Assembly (NCBI GenBank): GCA_964016885.1
Contig: OZ024741.1
Span: forward strand, 70,370,001-70,434,000
Length of the DNA: 64,000 nt
Reading direction: 5' to 3'
Origin: Eledone cirrhosa
Lineage: Eukaryota
The first letter of the stretch is position 1. The number at the start of each line of letters is the position of its first letter. The notes beneath the pieces are model-generated. The model was given only the letters and a program-made list of their open reading frames with translations, did no database searches and was not told where the DNA came from. Positions 14,480 through 33,414 of this stretch are shown here, in pieces. A program made the translations under genes and the position numbers.

Positions 14480-15017
14480 AGTAGGTAGACCCACAAAAAA
14501 CCTGGGACGATCTGATAAATTCTGACCTTACACACTTGCACCTCTCTAAGACAATGTCACTGGACCGAGATCTTTGGCGCTATGCAGTAATACAGAAGAC
14601 CCACCTTGCCTATGTACAAAGCGAAACCTAGTCAGTAGGCACCTCTTAACCAAATATACACCCCAATCCACTACCCCTACCCTATCCTCCCACTCCCACC
14701 ACCCTCTCTCTGTAAAGTTGGTACCACAACATCCAGTCCAAATAAATGAGATAATGAGATCAAGATCGTGTAGATGTCATGACAAAAAAACATACAGTCC
14801 ACGCTGTAATGTGACCGTGTAGGTAACACGGTAAACAGTTCCCAGTTCCACACTGTAAATGTGGTTGGTGTTAGGAAGGGCATCCAGACGTAGAAAACCT
14901 GCCTGATAGTCCTATATGAGCGAGACACGGTCACCCGACCAACCTTGCCTCAAGTGGGACAACTCCCGTCTAACCCATGCTAGCGTGGAAGATGGACGTT
15001 AAACGAAGATGATGATG

Positions 15018-15072
<55 letters not shown>

Positions 15073-17097
15073 AACATCTTTGACAGAATACAGATTTTTG
15101 GTATGAATGAAACATATGACACTACTCTTGCCTTTTTTTGTCTTATATTTGCATTCCATAAATTCTAAATTAGAATTTTTAGAACATTTTTGTCAGAGCA
15201 TAGCACTACGGTGCATTAACTGTTTTGTTTCAATCCTATAACCAGCTATAGAATATATTCTGTAGTGCAGAATAGCACAAAAACATAAACAAATTAACAC
15301 ACTTGTAATTCCTTCATAAAATCACCATAGAGTAACACATGCTCACAACTTTGTTGGAAAGCCTTCTTTCATCCTACAATGCTTGGTGGTCATTTAAAAT
15401 GAGTGCATGTTGTAATAAATCTTCCACGAAATTGATGGTGACACATTTAACAAGATTAACCTATATATCCAAGGGAGATGTTTCACTTTAGCTATATAAA
15501 ATAACTGGCAATAAAATGAATCTGAATGAAACATACAAGTGGTGCCTTAGACGAAATTCTGGGACACATATCCAACTGCCTTGCCTTGAGCTAATGTATT
15601 GAGCAGCAATTAACTAGAGCCAGTTTGGGGGAGGCGGGACGGAACGGTCGGTATCGATAAAAAAAAAAATCTTCCAAAATATAAATTATTCAGAAAGAAA
15701 TTTACACATGAATCTTTCAGTTTATTGATATAGTAGATACTTTTCATTTTCATTCACTATTATCTTGTCATTTTATACACCCAAAATGAAACAGCCTTTT
15801 TCCAAGTGGTATAGAGCTGCATGACATTTTTGAATAGAAATTGATTATTTGTAAATCTAAAATGTATTCATTGCTTTAAATCAGATATAACCAACCGACC
15901 CTTCAGTATCGATGTTTATATTTAAAGAAGAAACATATTCGATATATGTATATTTCCATCGGTCTTGCCATTGTTGATACTATCTAATGGTTGCAACTTC
16001 TGGGTGAAGCGTCAACGTTTTACTGGTGACAGGAGTCAGAATTTGAACGCAGAATGGGCACAACCGATTTAACGATTTTGAAAGGTTCAAAGGCAAAGTT
16101 AACCGCAGCACGTTTTGAACAAAGAACAAAGAGAGCCAGAATAAATACAGACATTTAATCCAACGCTCTAATAACTCTGCCATCTAAATATTACTATAAC
16201 ATCAAACGAGATAAGGAGTAAGTTTCTTACTCGGTCGCTGGACATGCAAGAAATAGCAGTCAAATCGCCCTCAAATTGCACACTAATCTGCTAAAAAAGG
16301 AGTAAATTTTTGTTATTACACTCGTCTCCATGACCGATGTTAGGGAGTTCTCGGGTGGATGGAACCACAGACAACGAATAATTTACGATGGTTCAAAACA
16401 TCAAAATTTATAGGGAAAACAAATTTCACTTTCAAAATTCTAACTAAAACATCCGTGTCAGATACAGATGTAATAGAAATTTACTCCAAAACAGGTGGAG
16501 TAAAGAATACATTAATTTTAGATATCCACAAAATATCGGCATGAGCACAGTTAGTTGAAAGTTATGATTATGCCTCGGTTCGGACAGAGTTAAAACAGGG
16601 CCAAACAAATACAACTGCAACATCAATTCAATACATATCCGAATACAACTGTGAATTTTTAAAGATTAAAGACACTCGATTTGAATGTTTTTTTTGTTTC
16701 TTTCTTATTTTTTCTAATCACCAAACACTTTGTTCCGTCATAGCTAATGTAGAGAGATTTAAAGTGTGGGCTAGATTGCAAGAGCACAGCGTATCAATTT
16801 AATAATGCTGATTAAGCTATTATTGATTAAAGCATATACATTTGTAAATTTAAATATGTGTATAAGCATGATTCAAGTCTGAAACTAGGGAAAATCTCTA
16901 TATATACATATATACAATACAGCGAAATAGCCTAGTTATCGAATCTATATAATATATATACCATGTGCGCTTTATATATACATTATACATATGAAATATT
17001 AGATGGTCATTAAACTACTTGGGTGTAAGCAATATACAGGTAATTTTAATATACGATTTCAATATAATCGGCTGACGACTATTGATTTTTTTGTATA

Positions 17098-17140
<43 letters not shown>

Positions 17141-17327
17141 TCAATTGCATAAACAGAATTCATTACTGCAGTTTTTCAAAATGATGTATACATATAACAA
17201 CAATTATATACATAAACAGTAATTTCAATAATTACCATAAATACTCACCTTTAACTCTTTTCTTAGCTTCATCTCCTATAGATGGTGGCTGTTCCATAGA
17301 ACCAAGGATGGAACCTAATAAATCCAT
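2540..17327 (-). CDS. SPAG7: Sperm-associated antigen 7 homolog (R3H-domain protein), 7 coding exons, 236 aa
   Basis: Manual splicing join(17249..17327,13880..13947,13408..13496,11576..11660,5733..5822,3789..3942,2540..2685) = 711 nt, open to TGA. Protein [131 protein letters not shown]...[55 protein letters not shown]... matches the SPAG7 family as I recall it, with R3H motif RAIVH. Confidence 0.97.
3789..3942 (-). CDS. SPAG7: SPAG7 exon 6 ([12 protein letters not shown]...[10 protein letters not shown]...ANKSYGF)
   Basis: Acceptor tttcag, donor G|GTAAGT; 154 nt, phase 1. Confidence 0.95.
4000..4228 (+). mobile_element. Vingi/Ingi-like LINE 3' end
   Basis: Degenerate [24 protein letters not shown]...PLRHF...LTNLDLSL* followed by catacgataagaag tail. 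Confidence 0.6.
4870..5040 (-). mobile_element. CRE-clade non-LTR retrotransposon C-terminal fragment
   Basis: Reverse translation [15 protein letters not shown]...[21 protein letters not shown], homologous to 49360-49550. Confidence 0.75.
5107..5575 (+). mobile_element. Same-family piggyBac-type MITE in opposite orientation, carrying an Expander-like RTE 3' end (5133-5380, minus)
   Basis: Flanked by duplicated TTAA (5103-06, 5576-79); 5133-5380 is homologous to 18398-18640, with atttctt on both sides as a possible TSD. Confidence 0.65.
5733..5822 (-). CDS. SPAG7: SPAG7 exon 5 ([30 protein letters not shown])
   Basis: TAG acceptor, AAG|GTCAG donor; 90 nt; conserved YRRGEEWDP. Confidence 0.96.
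6288..8663 (+). mobile_element. Degenerate 5'-truncated RTE (BovB-like) LINE: end of AP endonuclease, RT, C-terminus, (GAT)n tail; antisense in SPAG7 intron 4
   Basis: Fragments [85 protein letters not shown]; many stops and frameshifts. Confidence 0.9.
9105..9320 (+). repeat. ~48-bp tandem repeat, about 4.5 copies, inside a SINE-like element
   Basis: Unit approx tgtaaagtgttagcactggtgccacaataaaatgcacccagtcccctc; runs into gtggttggtattaggaaaggcatc; reverse-strand relative at 22470-22640. Confidence 0.8.
9745..10452 (+). mobile_element. Internally deleted RTE 3' fragment (same family as 6288-8663)
   Basis: [40 protein letters not shown], (GAT)n tail. Confidence 0.8.
10826..11190 (-). mobile_element. 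RTE 3' fragment, inverted relative to neighbouring copies
   Basis: Reverse complement matches 8230-8660 (RRLRWY..., aagacctgggcagaagtggtgagagc, ggacctgtccaaccca, tail). Confidence 0.75.
11576..11660 (-). CDS. SPAG7: SPAG7 exon 4 ([28 protein letters not shown])
   Basis: Acceptor ttgcag, donor AAG|GTAAC; 85 nt; conserved AGLTSFSFG. Confidence 0.96.
11741..11969 (+). mobile_element. piggyBac-type MITE (TTAA-CCCTTT family)
   Basis: TTAA|CCCTTTC...AAAAG|TTAA; further copies at ~13205-13385 (-), ~39330-39543 (-), ~60361-60590 (+). Confidence 0.65.
13408..13496 (-). CDS. SPAG7: SPAG7 exon 3 ([30 protein letters not shown])
   Basis: Acceptor tattatctttacag, donor GT|GTGCGT; 89 nt, phase 2. Confidence 0.93.
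13880..13947 (-). CDS. SPAG7: SPAG7 exon 2 ([23 protein letters not shown])
   Basis: CAG acceptor, CAG|GTGAT donor; 68 nt restores phase 0. Confidence 0.92.
14250..14446 (+). mobile_element. Internally deleted mariner element (MITE)
   Basis: TA|tgagtgtcaactgaaaagttcataggctc ... gagcctaagaatttttcagctgaccttcg|TA imperfect ~29-bp TIRs; internal gactatgttgaaaaataa encodes DYVEK*, a mariner C-terminus. Confidence 0.8.
14477..15018 (+). mobile_element. RTE 3' fragment homologous to 150-650
   Basis: [33 protein letters not shown] plus the same 3' UTR and (GAT)n tail. Confidence 0.85.
17249..17327 (-). CDS. SPAG7: SPAG7 coding exon 1 ([26 protein letters not shown])
   Basis: ATG at 17327; donor AG|GTGAGT; 79 nt, phase 1. 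Confidence 0.95.
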
Positions 17328-17795
17328 TATAACTTTGTTTTAGTAAAGTAACTGTGGTTTCTATTTTGAATTGGAAGCTCCTTGGGATATTTAGCGGTCA
17401 ACAAAAGAAAAGCCAGTCGGACTGCATCAGTAATACAAATAATTTCAGAGTTATCCCCCCTACAAAATGTATCTCTATTGAAAATGTCGTTTGGTATTTT
17501 ACTGTATAACCTATTTTATTCTATTTATTAATCCATTTAAATTAAGAAAAAATGTTTTTATTAACCGTTCTATTTAAATCAAATATGCTAGGAAAGTGAC
17601 AGCAATTAAAAATACACTATATTTTATATTTATGAAAATGATAATAAAAGAAGTGATTGCCCCCCTTAGTATAACTCTTTCGCGTCATTATCCTATTCAA
17701 GAAATTACTCCACCCTCGCTGAACCATTGTGGGGGTCTACCCGCGTCGTCTGCACAAAGTAAAACTAAACAGTCCTCTACGTTAATCTCTCAAAG
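17328..17795. promoter_or_regulatory. Putative bidirectional promoter: SPAG7 5' region (-) and a divergent non-coding first exon ending at a donor (+)
   Basis: No recognisable repeats; CpG-containing patch 17680-17780; consensus donor CAAAG|GTGAGT at 17795/17796; related motifs agttatccccct 17448 and agtgattgccccctt 17652. Confidence 0.5.
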
Positions 17796-18397
17796 GTGAG
17801 TAGTCAATTACTTTGTTGTTTAAGAAACTCTATTCAATATAATAATTCCCTTTCTTTTATTAGTTTTCTTCACACTATTTTGTGTGGTTTTGATTTTAAT
17901 TTTCAATATCATAACAGAATTGATTTTTTTTTTTTAAATTTACACCTAAATCAGGGTTAGATTAAAACCAAAATAATGTCCTAAATACTGCCTGACAGTG
18001 GTTTCTTCTTAATCATCTGAAGAAATATTAAGGTATAAGTGATGAAGTTATAATAGAATAGATAATAAATTAAAAATTCAGTTTACTTTCCGCCTTCTCG
18101 AAGCCAAATCCAATAACTATCTATAATAATGAATGAACATTTTCTGTACGTGTTTCCACATGACTTTCTGGCTTCAGCAAATAAAACTATTTTATTTGAT
18201 CATTAAAGTATATCAACCGTAAAATCAAATATATCGCTGCATGTATCGTTCACCTCGTCACTGAATAAATGTTGCTTTTGAATTATAAGCGATTCGTTAC
18301 ACTGCATTCTCCTAGAATATGTACGGGTTCGAATTTCATCGAAGATGTTATGCTGGTCTGTTTTAATCATGCCTCTACTTATTACTGGTTCAAATGT

Positions 18398-19150
18398 CTT
18401 CTTCTTCTTCTTCTTCCTGAAGGGGTCGTAGGGTCAGAGTCCTCAAACATTCGTTCCACTAGGTCTTGTTAGAAACAACAGTCTCCACTTGATTCGGCTG
18501 GATCCCCAAGTGAGAACAGCCGAGCTCATGGATGTTATCCAACCATCTTGCTCGGGGTCTACCCCTGGGTCCCCTGCTGGTTGGTTTTGTTCATAAAATC
18601 AGCCCAGCGATTCTTTCCTGAAACATTCTAACTACATGCTCGTAATATCGGAACTGTGATCTCTCAATTCGGAGAAGTAGCGGATTTATCTGGAGCCACT
18701 CTCTGATCTCCGAGCTACAAAATCTATCATGTTACTTAGACCCTTCGGAAAAGTCCCATTTCGGTCGCTTATATTCGTCACAATAGGGTTGGCTCGATTA
18801 CAGAATTGAAAATAGTGAGTTCGGCTATTACATCGACCCCCCCCCTCCTGATTACCGAATGCTAAAGCTGGTGCATTACTGCACCAGCTCCTACAATTCT
18901 TGCACTTAATGCAGCCTTCCATCACTCGTGAACGCGGCCCCGAGATACTTGAACTTCTCCACCTGCTTCAGTGGAATTCAATTTACACGTAGAGTGCACT
19001 TTACAGGTCTTCTTGAGAGGACGAGGGTCTCAATCTTTGCAGCACTGATTATCATTCCAGCCATGCAGCACTTGACAGTAAACCTATCAAGTGCATATCA
19101 GAGATTACCTTCTGGGGAGTTAAGTAATAAATACCATGTCGTCTGCAAAT
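18398..19150 (-). mobile_element. Expander/Rex3-like RTE fragment with (GAA)n tail
   Basis: Reverse translation FADDMV...ALDRFTVKCCMAGMIIS...QVEKFKYLGAAFTSDG...PLLLRIERSQ...PRGRPRARWLDNI. Confidence 0.85.
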
Positions 19151-20208
19151 TCCTGTCGACTGATCCTACAGTCGTGATATCACTTCCAACCCGAAATATG
19201 GTTCATATCTCGTGTTTTTTAAAATTAAGTTTGGTATGGGAAGGGGTCACCATTTTGTAGAGAATAAACGATGTTGAATTAAAAATTATAAACCGTAAGA
19301 CGAAATATATATTGCTGCGAGTTCGCATAGTTTTCATGTTCAAAATATTATTTCCCCCTTTTCATACCTTTCTACACATTAATAGCTTCATTATTTTATT
19401 AATAGCTTCATTATTTTTGCTGGCCTTGTGCCTAAAGTAGAAACAATTATTTTATGACGATCGGTGTCACACTACGACTTGTTTTGCTTAATTCACGTAA
19501 ACTGCAGATTACAGCACTCAATAGCTGCACCAAGACGCATACCATTACGTAACTCTACTGATAGTGACTGCTACACAACCATCACTGAACCAAGACAAAC
19601 CGGACCATTGAGGTTGCTTACTCAGTGTGGCTGATAGTCGCCAGATTTGAATTTTGTTGTATTCCCTTCCAAGTTAAAATATATTACCAACCTATTCAAC
19701 CTCATTATTACTATAATAATACTAATAATAATATACTACTATTACTTCTACTACTACTACGACTACTATATTACTAATGATGATGATGGTGGTGACATTG
19801 CTGTTGTTTTTATTTGTTGTGTGTGTGAGAGAGTGTTTTTATTATTAATTTAGTGTTGAGGCATTTTTCTTTTATGGTTAAATCCGACATCGGAAACATT
19901 TACTCTGGTGCCCCACTTTCCTTTGGTACCCCAGGCAAAAGGTTATTCATTTATTATTGCTTAACTGTTAATCTAGACCTGGCATTCTAAACGTTATATG
20001 ACAGGGTAAGGTACAATACCTGGGTATAAAGTAATGGGGACAGAGAGAGAGAGACGGAGGCAGTGACAATGGGAGTTTGTGAGGTTCCTAGCAATAATTA
20101 ATTGTATAAAGTCAAATTTTAAGATATGAACTCAGGTGAATATATTTGATTATAGGTTTTTATTTCATTAAATAACATGTTATAATTATTACTACCTGTT
20201 AAATATTG

Positions 20209-20425
20209 AGGTCGGGAGATTAGCAGAGTCGGTAGAACGTTGGACAAATGTTTTGTGGTATTTGGTACGGCTCTTTATGTTCTGAGTTCAAATACTGCTA
20301 CGGTCAATTTTGCCTTTCATCCTCTCAGAGGTCGATAAATAAAGTACCAGACAAATACTGGAGTCGATTTAATCGATTTTCCCCACCCCCAAGAAACTAG
20401 CCATGTGCCTAAAGTAGCAATAATT
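20209..20425 (+). mobile_element. tRNA-derived SINE, the dominant family in this window (~25 full or partial copies)
   Basis: A-box-like TRGCAGWRTCGGTAGA, B-box GAGTTCAAATCC, body gcctttcatccttacggggtcgataaaataaagtaccag, tail ggccttgtgcctaaagtagaaacaattatta; other copies e.g. 20515, 35590-35945, 36938-37160, 44868-45053, 45245-45420, 48692-48900, 58966-59155, 61519-61712. Confidence 0.85.
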
Positions 20426-20949
20426 ATGTTTAAAAATTTCAATTATGTCTTCTATTTCATTCCATAGTTAAAGGCTGTTAAAAACGTAAGAACTTGTTTT
20501 ATTGTGTTAAACGTTTGCTGATGTCAACTTTACTTTCATCCTTCCAAGGTCGATAAAATAAAGTACCAGTAAAGTACTGAGATCAATATAATCGACTTTC
20601 CCCTCCTCCTAAAATTGCTGATCTTGTGCCTAAATTATAAACCATTATGTTAAATAACATTACAAATATGTTTTAAATATATACATGAATAACATTACAA
20701 ATACGTAAATAACATTATAAATTGCTTGCAACTCGTTCAGAAGAACATTATAAATATAATTGTTTCTACTTTTTGGCACAAGGCCAGCAATTACTCAGTA
20801 CATTACTGGTGTTGATAAACACTAATATAAACGCATGAAAGAGAGAGAGAAAAAAAGAAGAGAAAAAAAGTGGATGGAGCATAAACAAAACCGACTATCA
20901 ATTCACTACAAGTGCGACAATCGGCCGCACCTCACATCATAAGAGTTGA

Positions 20950-21105
20950 CTAAACACTCTGAGGCAAGCCAATACGCTCGCAGCATTGCCACGGGTGATG
21001 GCGAGACTAAGGTGCTGAAACCAGCGGCGTGCAGAGCTCTGGTGATGCCTGGGGAAAATCTTGATTGTATGCCCCAAAGACTCAAGTATAAAGCCTAATA
21101 TACTG
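20950..21105 (-). mobile_element. CRE-clade C-terminal fragment
   Basis: Reverse translation GFILESLG...WFQHLSLAITRGNAASVLAC. Confidence 0.65.
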
Positions 21106-21239
21106 AGAAATATTATGAGAAAGGAGAATATTTTGAATATATAAACACTGATGAAACATGAAATAAACGCTTTATTCGATTTTAATATAAATCAATCAAA
21201 TTTATTAAGTTCTTTTCCCCAAATGATGCCCCCACCACC

Positions 21240-21560
21240 CAAAGGATGCCCGAGGCCACCCCCACAATCCTGCACGCTGCTGGCTGAAACAGCTAAGCAC
21301 CCTCACGGGCATCACCTAACACCTCAGTAAGTCGATCCACCAGTAGTGATGACAGGAACTTCACTGTCAGTGGCCAAACTCCCTCAAACGTCTCGAACGC
21401 CACAGACCGGAAAAAATATTTACGAGATAAATCCAGGTATTTACGGATTTTATTCGGTTCGGCAACGGAATCAGTGACACCCACATTTACCGCGGCGTCC
21501 ATAATGTGGGAGGGAGCAAAAGAACCACTGACTGTGACACCCCATATGCGACACCTACCT
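21240..21560 (-). mobile_element. CRE-clade endonuclease-region fragment
   Basis: VTVSGSFAPSHIMDAAVNVG...AEPNKIRKYLDLSRKYFFRSVAFETF...DAREGA*LFQ. Confidence 0.7.
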
Positions 21561-21569
21561 TAAAAATCC

Positions 21570-22185
21570 TGGTTTATGTCTTAGATTTCCTTCTATAACT
21601 AAGATTATTAAAAGAATGTTACTTAAACTTGTTTGATAACGTTAATTATTTTTGTTATGTTTTCTATTTCGTTCCATACTTAAGAAAATATAACACTAAA
21701 ACATGTTTGGTACATTTAAAGATCCCCCTCCCTCCACGATTTCAGTGGGGGGAAAATGTTTTCCTCACTTTTTTTTCTTTTTTTTTTCCGTGTGCTATCA
21801 ACTAATCTAACGTCCAAGATTCTCGCAACTGACCCCACCCCACCCCGAAAAATGGGGGGGGGGGTGCATCTTAGAGATCAGATTAGTTGATATGACACGG
21901 ACCAAAAAACTCTGAGGAAAAAAGTTTTTCCCATTGAAATTGAAGTGGGTGTTCTATTAAAATACCAAATGTTTAATTATTTTAAAATGTTTTTATTGGA
22001 TCTTCTATTTCGTTCCATTCTTGATGGTGCTGAAACTATAACACTCAAACTTGTTTCATGTTACATATTTCGATTGTCTTGGATTTCATTCCATAGCTAA
22101 GATTGGTGAAAGAATATCACTTGAAATTGTTTGATAATATTACCTATTTCGATTATATCCTCGATTTCGTTCTATACTTGTATTT
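21570..22185. repeat. Degenerate ~75-80 bp tandem repeat interrupted by a MITE
   Basis: Recurring tatttcgttccatacttaagat...aacttgtttgata near 21580, 21660, 22000, 22080, 22160 (also 20450). Confidence 0.55.
21709..21966. mobile_element. Fold-back MITE with GG...CC termini and 8-bp TSD (Merlin-like)
   Basis: Long imperfect inverted arms (ccgtgtgctatcaactaatct / agattagttgatatgacacgg); flanks acatgttt and aaatgttt. Confidence 0.6.
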
Positions 22186-23002
22186 CTCCCGTTGTCTGAA
22201 ACCAATTCCTTCAGCGTTCCTGTTCGGATTCCCTTAATCAATTTGAATTTTCGTTTGCTTCCAAAGTGGTTCAATATTATGCATAAATAGTAATAAAAAT
22301 CTTGTAAAGTTTCATCAGTTGAAAGAGACGGAAAAAGGGAGAATAATCCATGCATGCATGGATTAGACGGGTTGTCACACTCTGAGGCTAGACAGACAGG
22401 TTAGATGATTGTCTTGTCTTATATTCCATTTTGGCATGGTTTTTACTGTTAGATACCCTTCCTAATGTCAACCACTTCATAGAATGTTACAATGTGGCTG
22501 GGTGCATTTTATCGTAGTACCAGCACTACCACTTTACAGAATGAACTAGGTGCATTTTATCTTGACAACAGCACTTCCATATTCCAGTGTGGGCTGAGTG
22601 TATTTTATTGCAGGACAAGTACTACCATATTTTAACACTAGGACACCACACTTATATCCTTGGCTGAGCTGTGAGGGTCAGTGAGGGGAATGAGAGTGAG
22701 TCTTAGGCTGCCTGTTCTCAATCCATGGAGGGAGGGGGTGGTTTTAGGGGAAGTGAGTAACTTCTGGCAGTGTTGTGGGTTGAACCTGGTTGTCCATACT
22801 AGCATGTTAGGCAAGCAGGGAAATTCTTTTATACTCCATCAATTTCGTTATAACGGAATTTCACTGTATAAAAATGATGATGATAAATATATATAAATAT
22901 ATACCAAAACACACAGTCAACATACCTATCTATATACACACATACATACATGTGTGTGTGTATATATATATATATACATGTAGAAGTTTATATAGAAAAG
23001 GC

Positions 23003-23047
23003 TTCTACAGGACTAGTACTGTTTCATTCGTATGAAATCATCAGGAA
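23003..23047 (-). ncRNA. Minimal type I hammerhead ribozyme motif, probably Penelope-like element associated
   Basis: Minus strand: UUC-CUGAUGA-U-UUC-AUAC-GAA-U-GAA-ACAG-UACUAGUC-CUGU-A-GAA; canonical core boxes, stem III 4 bp, GUA triplet, stem I only 3 bp. Confidence 0.6.
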
Positions 23048-23520
23048 TGATAAAATACATACGCACGCACACATATAGACACACACATATATACATATGT
23101 AAATAAAATTTTCAAATTCATTTATATTTTCTTTTTATAATCAATCAATGAATCTATATGATCATATGTATTATACATAACTACACAACCGCTTAGCTAC
23201 AGCATAGCTATAACATACAGTAGGTCAATAGATAACTACTTATATAATATCAGAATAATTTATGATGCTAATGTGAAGTGTCATTGGTTCTAAGATGTCT
23301 GAATTCTGGTTGTTGAGTACAGACGATCAATAATTGTTACACATATCATCAAATGGTATGACAGCTAAAGTACTGACAGCTACTATTGTTATCTTTTGGT
23401 TTATTGGTATTGTAAGAATGTATAGTGAGCTATTTGGGTGCTTTTTTTAATAACTGAATTGTTATTTACTTACCTTATACATCAGCAAATGTCAATTTTG
23501 ACTTCTGGATAAAATCTTAT

Positions 23521-23587
<67 letters not shown>

Positions 23588-23600
23588 TACACACATATAT

Positions 23601-23742
23601 ATATTTATTAAAATAACAGATTAAAGTTTAAGCAAAGAATCGCTGCTTTCACCCTTAATGGGATCTTCTGAACAGAAGATCCCGTTAAGGGTGAAAGCAG
23701 CGATTCTTTGCTTAAACTTTAATCTGTTATTTTAATAAATAT
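23601..23742. repeat. 142-bp palindrome: two 70-bp arms, 1 mismatch, 2-nt spacer
   Basis: 23601-23670 is the reverse complement of 23673-23742; most of the arm recurs singly at 53942-54006. Confidence 0.95.
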
Positions 23743-23823
23743 TTACTCTACGGTTCTTATATATTTGATATATATTTTCCTTATCGAGCCCTCTTTGGAT
23801 TTTAGTCTTCAATTTTATTATTA

Positions 23824-31567
<7,744 letters not shown>

Positions 31568-31568
<1 letters not shown>

Positions 31569-32026
31569 TGACCAAAGGGCAAAGGAGCTCTTAAGAGTCA
31601 ATGGCCATCCAAAATCACCGGGAGAGATGACCCCTTAGCCTTTGTCAAGGCAGAATTCTAGGAGAAGGAAAACTCTGATATAACACCTGCAACTCTGATG
31701 GTATCCAATGATGTTGACTTGTTCTTCTTTTTGGTAAATATCATCTTGGTTAACAGAGTGGGACTGGCTTTGTGCAGTGCCTTTACTCACTATAAAAGCT
31801 TCACGGCACAGGCATTGCTTTATATCTGGAGATCTCTCTGCACTTGTCGTCACATGGTACCATGGGCCCAGCACTGTGTCAATAATTGTCACAAGTGTAG
31901 TGTTTGTACCGGAGTTTTCAAGTCGCTGGCTGGACTAAAAAGTCACACTTGTTTAGCGCATCGGTAGGGGTTCTCCTACATGGATATAAAGTAGTGGCCG
32001 TACTCGAAAACGAGTTGGCAGCCACC
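31568..32026 (+). mobile_element. Short non-autonomous RTE-derived element embedded in the TA array
   Basis: RTE 5'-UTR-like ctaggagaaggaaaactctga near 31658; C2H2-like [25 protein letters not shown] and terminal stem-loop actcgaaaacgagt at the 3' end. Confidence 0.55.
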
Positions 32027-32097
32027 ATATATATATGTATATATATATATGTATATATATATATGTATATATATATGTATATATATATGTATATATG

Positions 32098-32139
<42 letters not shown>

Positions 32140-32140
32140 C

Positions 32141-32187
<47 letters not shown>

Positions 32188-32188
32188 C

Positions 32189-32327
<139 letters not shown>

Positions 32328-32569
32328 CACACACACTCACATACACAAATACATTGTGTGTGTGCGCCTGTGTGTATGCAATGTATGTATATTTTTATAA
32401 CTGTGAAGTTATACCACTGACCCAAAGGCCAGAAGTTTCTTGCTTAACTGAGATATATTTAGCAACAGCTCGGTCAGTTTCAATTCTCTTGTATTCTCGG
32501 AATATTCTAGAATGCCTCTTTATGAGTATTAAATGAAATTATGACTGCATTAATAATGATGATGATAAT

Positions 32570-33405
32570 AATAATGATAGTTTCTGATATAGGCACAAGG
32601 CCAGCAATTTCGGAGGAGAGGAAAGTCGATTAAATCGATCCCAGTGTATTACTGGTACTTTATTTTATCAACCCCGTAAGGATTTGACCTCAGAATGTGT
32701 AGGGACATAATAATTGTTTCTACTTGTTGGCACAAGGCCAGCAATTACTCAGCGCATTACTGGTACTTTATTTTATCGACCCCGTAAGGATGAAAGGCAA
32801 AGTTAACTTCGGCTAATAATTGTTTCTACTTTTGGCACAAGGCCAGCAATTACCCAGTACATTACTGGTACTTTATTTTATCGACCTCGTAAGGATGAAA
32901 GGCAAAGTTAACCTTGGCGGGATTTGAACTCAGATCATAAAGGTAACTCAGATCATAGAGGTAACTCTATGCTTCAAAGCATGGCGCCCGACCCTCTACC
33001 GATACTGCCAATCCACCGCAATGATTTCTAATATAGACACAAGGTCAGTAACTTGGGAGAGGGGAAAGTCGATTAAATCGATCCCATTACGTTACTGGCA
33101 CTTTATATAATCGCCCCTGTAAGGATGAAAGGTAAAGTTAACCTTGGCGGGATTTGAACTCACAATGTAAAGGGCCATAACTCTATACTGCAAAGTAAGG
33201 TGTCTGACACTCTACTGATACTGCATAATACTAATAATTGTTTAAACTTTAGGCACAAGGCCAGCAATTTTGGGGGAGGAGAAAGTCGATTAAATCGACC
33301 CCAGTGCATTACTGGTGCTTTATTTTATCGACCCCGTAAGGATGAAAGACAAAGTTAACCTCAGTGGTATTTGAACTGACTGTAAAAGGACGTAACTCTA
33401 TGCTA
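32570..33405 (-). mobile_element. Five head-to-tail SINE copies
   Basis: Units begin near 32575, 32710, 32815, 33022, 33232, each with (g)cacaagg(c/t)cag...ac(t)gg(t/c)acttta. Confidence 0.85.
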
Positions 33406-33414
33406 CACAAGACT

